64,000 bases of DNA, taken from Podospora anserina. Lineage: Eukaryota. The stretch covers positions 3,100,001 through 3,164,000 of the forward strand of contig CM030338.1 in the NCBI GenBank assembly GCA_017654855.1, given 5' to 3'. Position numbers and translations under genes: made by a program. Numbering within the stretch: position 1 is the stretch's first letter; each line of letters starts with the position of its first letter. Below, in pieces: positions 60,681 to 64,000 of this stretch. Below the pieces are notes generated by a model. The model saw nothing but the letters and a program-made list of their open reading frames with translations. It was not told where the DNA came from and did no database searches.

Positions 60681-61535
60681 GATGGGCAGCTAACTCTTTT
60701 GTTTCTGGGGGAGGTGTAGGTTGAAGACAGAATCTCTCAAGCAGCCAACACAGATTTGGGGGGAGGACATGTGTTATATATACACAAACCTCTGATATGC
60801 TGCCATGGGTTTCATGGCCGTTACTCCTCCCATTGTCCCCCCCATTCTCCCGTGTTTCGGACCGTCGACACCGAGAAAAAGGCTAGGCATAGGCTGAGAT
60901 GGGCGGGTTTGTACCTAGCCGCGTTGCGCACTTGCATCATGGCACGCATACCGCTGTAAGACCGGGTCAAGGACCCCAGTTTGTCTGCTTCTCCACCGCG
61001 GGGTAATATCAGTTTTCTTGCGTGTTAGCTCAAGCAACAACAAGATGGAGGAGATATGGGGCATGGGGGTAACATTGTGATTGTGTTTCCTCACAAAGTG
61101 ACCTGCAGATCCCGTGGAAGCGGAGAGGGAGGGGGGACCCTTTCCCACGATCACACACATATCCGTAACCCAATCACAACCCCCCGCCCAGCCTCAAGCG
61201 TCGGAGGAAAGCAAAGAAAGATCCGGACTTTTGGCATTCGCCCAGTGATTCCAGAAAGACGGTCGAAACGGTCCTACCCCCGGCAGCAGCAGCAAACCCC
61301 AGTTTTTGTTTCCCGTACCTTACAGCAAGGCTTTCTCGTAGAGCCGCAAAAGACCCAGCCCTGCACTGTTCTCTCTCATGAAAAAGACTGCCCCGTTCGA
61401 AACCCCTCTTCAACAACAACACATCTCATGTGAACCACAAAATGATATTATCCTTTAAAACCCGCGCAAAACCCCACCAACACTTTTCCCCCTCCACCAA
61501 CTGATCAACTCTCTCCCAACCCACAGCCCGCTTTT

Positions 61536-61550
61536 CGGAATCCCGGGCCG
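61536..61550 (+). promoter_or_regulatory. CLR-1-type Zn2Cys6 site CGG-N5-CGG-N-CCG upstream of the GH1 gene
   Basis: CGG AATCC CGG G CCG, about 860 bp upstream of the GH1 ATG. Confidence 0.6.
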
Positions 61551-61995
61551 CAAAGGATCAAGCGCGCCCTTCCGGCTGGGTAAACCTCGGGGAAACTCTT
61601 CAAGTTTATCGATCACGAGTCCCTCCCCCCTCTCAACAGGCAGGGGTGGCAATTCAATCAACGGCAGGACACCGCCCGCGCTGCCGAGATGAGCCTCTTC
61701 AACCTGCCGCCCGGAGTATCTACGCGAAAACAACCAAACTCCTAGATACAAAAAGCGGTGTCGCGTATGGCAAAATGCCGGCTGTGGCTAATCCTCGGCC
61801 GAACTGACGATTCACATCCCTCAGTGATCATCAACCCACCCGGAACAAGCTTCAACTTTGCTTGTTCGTCCGGAACACCGTCCCTTTTGATCCTTCTCTC
61901 ATTCCTTGCATCTCCCGGCAAGCCGGACCTGCATGAATTTATCTTACGATCTACTCAGCCGAGCACTTGCTTCGGGATATCTTCGGGTTGAGAGA

Positions 61996-62029
<34 letters not shown>

Positions 62030-62458
62030 CGGTAACTCGTCCCGATGATTATATTCTCTGGCGGTGACCCAACATCTTGTTTTGTTTTGATTGTTCCTGT
62101 CTGGTGTCTTGGTGTTGCCATATTTGTGTCTTGATGTCGGTCCAAAACCAGACAACCATCTGACATTATTCTTACAAACGGTAAAGTTAAGTAAAGTAAG
62201 TTAGTTCTCTCTTTCAACAACTCGTAATAAAGACGTGATAATTACTGTGTAATAAACTCCAGATATGCTCCCTCCCTCTCTCTGCAAACAAAGTCCCACC
62301 TGTACTGTTGTCCCCTCTAGAAGAGATGATCAATAAGACCCCGATTCACCATACCGAAGAAAAACCAACCCAAGCAATACCAACTGGGTTCCTTTAGCAC
62401 AACCACGCCCCTTTTTTTTTTTACCGGTCACCATCAACCTCACCACCATGCCCCCCCC

Positions 62459-63224
62459 TCAACGGCCCATCTCCCTCCCACCACCCCCCTCCGCCAACTC
62501 AAACTTCCTCTTCCTCCCCCCTTCCCCCTCAGTCTCCCCCTCCAGCTCCTCCCCATCAACCCACTCGCTAATCTCATACTCAACCCTTCTAACCCCCCGG
62601 GCTCCCCTCTCTTCCCTCACAACCCTCCTCATCTCCCGTCTCCTCAACCTCCCCAATCTACTCCCCTCCACCAACCCCTCAAACCAATCACTCCCCCTCT
62701 TCACCTCCAACCCATCATCCCCCGTTTGTCCCTTTCCCTCCTCCTCAGCATCACTATCACCAGGCGACGTACCAGTCAGGTTATCAATCTTGCCCAAATC
62801 GCTCTCCCAGAGGGAGTTGACAGTAACTTGTATATACTCCCCCTCCCCCTCAGGACTCGAAGTGTGATACGACAGCGGCGTCCCGCAGTATCCGCAAAAC
62901 GTATGCAGAGTATTCGGTGCGTTGGGGGGTGTATAAGACCGGTGAATCAACGAGTGGGACTCGTCTGGGAGGACGGGGAGGGTGAGGGAGCGGTAGGACG
63001 AGAGGGGGACGCGGAGGAGGGGGGTGAGGGGGTGGCCTGAGAGGGGGTGGTTAGCTTGGGATGTAAAGGGGAGATGTTGGGGAGGGGAGGCCGGGGTGCG
63101 TACGTTGATTAAACAGCAGACGAGCAGCTTGACTACCCGTCGAAGAAGACGGTGTTTCTTGTTTGGGGAATTGCACAATGTAGATATTCCGACCGCATTG
63201 GCAGCCACCGTGGAGGAGGGACAT
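62459..63224 (-). CDS. Small Mss4-like/GFA(CENP-V)-like protein; 2 exons (63224-63104, 63036-62459)
   Basis: ATG 63224 gives MSLLHGGCQCGRNIYIV. Intron 63037-63103 (GTACGC..CTAAC..CAG) joins to RHPLTPLLRVPL...HTFCGYCGTPLSY; later DWFEGLVEGSRLGRLRR and EYEISEW. Confidence 0.75.
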
Positions 63225-64000
63225 TTTCACTGGGCTGGAGGCGGAGGGGGGGGTTGGTTATTGGGAGAGAGAGAGAGAGAGAGAAAAAGGTTTTGTTGAC
63301 AAGGTGATCGAAGTTATCACAGCCACCGAATCGAGGCTTCAAAGCTGGTGGTGGTGGTGTTGAAGTTGTGAGCGGGGTGGTGGTGTTTAGCTTTCCCAAA
63401 GTCGATAGCAACAAAGCGACAGTTTGTCAAGTCAGTCAAATAGTGCGTGCGCAGCGCGGGGTTGGGAAGCAAGAAAGTCTAAAATGCCCTTATTGACAAG
63501 AAAATGTGCACACACACACACACACCTGCCGCTTGACATCAGATGGGAGTGATGTTATAACCTAGCAAGCAGGAGCCAGAGCAAACGAGCCGAGAGGTGC
63601 TTGCAAGTGACAGACAGGATCGAGAGGTTTCTAGAAGGTGTCGACACCTACCCAACCTACTTGACTTATATCCCGGAACCGGATTTGCAGACAGTTTCCA
63701 TATAGGTTTTATGGTGCTACCTGGAATATGCCTATCTAATTACCGCGAGACGGGAGGGGCGCTCTTTGTTGCTTGTGTTCGTTCCCGGTGGTCTAGGTAG
63801 GAGAAGAGAATGGGCACACAATGAAAGTGTAACGTATCGGACTAGTCTGCAATGCTGGCTAGGCATGGTAGCCTGCTGCATGAGCGTTTGTGGCATTGCT
63901 GCAGGCTGCTCGGAGAATACTGGGTGTAGGTAGATGTCAGCCCAGTAGGGTTACGTCTGTGGTCTCCCGATGCCGTCGAGTGGTTTGACAGCCAAGATGT

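Noticed and set aside
56097..63224. Acyl-CoA synthetase, GH1 and GFA-like genes as a metabolic cluster
   Set aside because: No backbone enzyme, transporter or regulator is present, and there is no evident shared pathway; co-orientation alone is insufficient.

Overview
Gene-dense fungal genomic DNA. The short GT-AG introns with CTRAC branch points and the gene set point to a Sordariales ascomycete, probably Podospora-like (inference, not verified). I can support about 16 protein genes or gene fragments: an ECM13-like 3' end, IBA57/CAF17, CWC23, separase, a small fungal membrane protein, a SIRT4-type sirtuin, an MMT-type CDF transporter, aspartyl aminopeptidase, MED15/GAL11, a Whi5/Nrm1-like repressor, NRDE-2, a CLC chloride transporter, exportin-T, POB3, a PTS2-bearing acyl-CoA synthetase, a GH1 beta-glucosidase and a GFA/Mss4-like protein. 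No tRNA, rRNA, CRISPR array or intact transposon was recognised, and I found no clearly novel multi-gene system. The most notable oddities are: two compensating frameshifts inside the separase protease region; a GU-rich folded element at 8101-8192 that looks like an unannotated structured RNA; a degenerate ~21-nt-periodic repeat present three times; a decayed coiled-coil pseudogene; a (CCCATAAC)13 G-quadruplex-type array just after the aminopeptidase stop; a presequence-like N-terminal extension on that aminopeptidase; clustered MCB boxes at the Whi5/Nrm1-like gene; and an exact CLR-1 motif upstream of the GH1 gene. All gene calls are from motif recognition by eye, without database searches.
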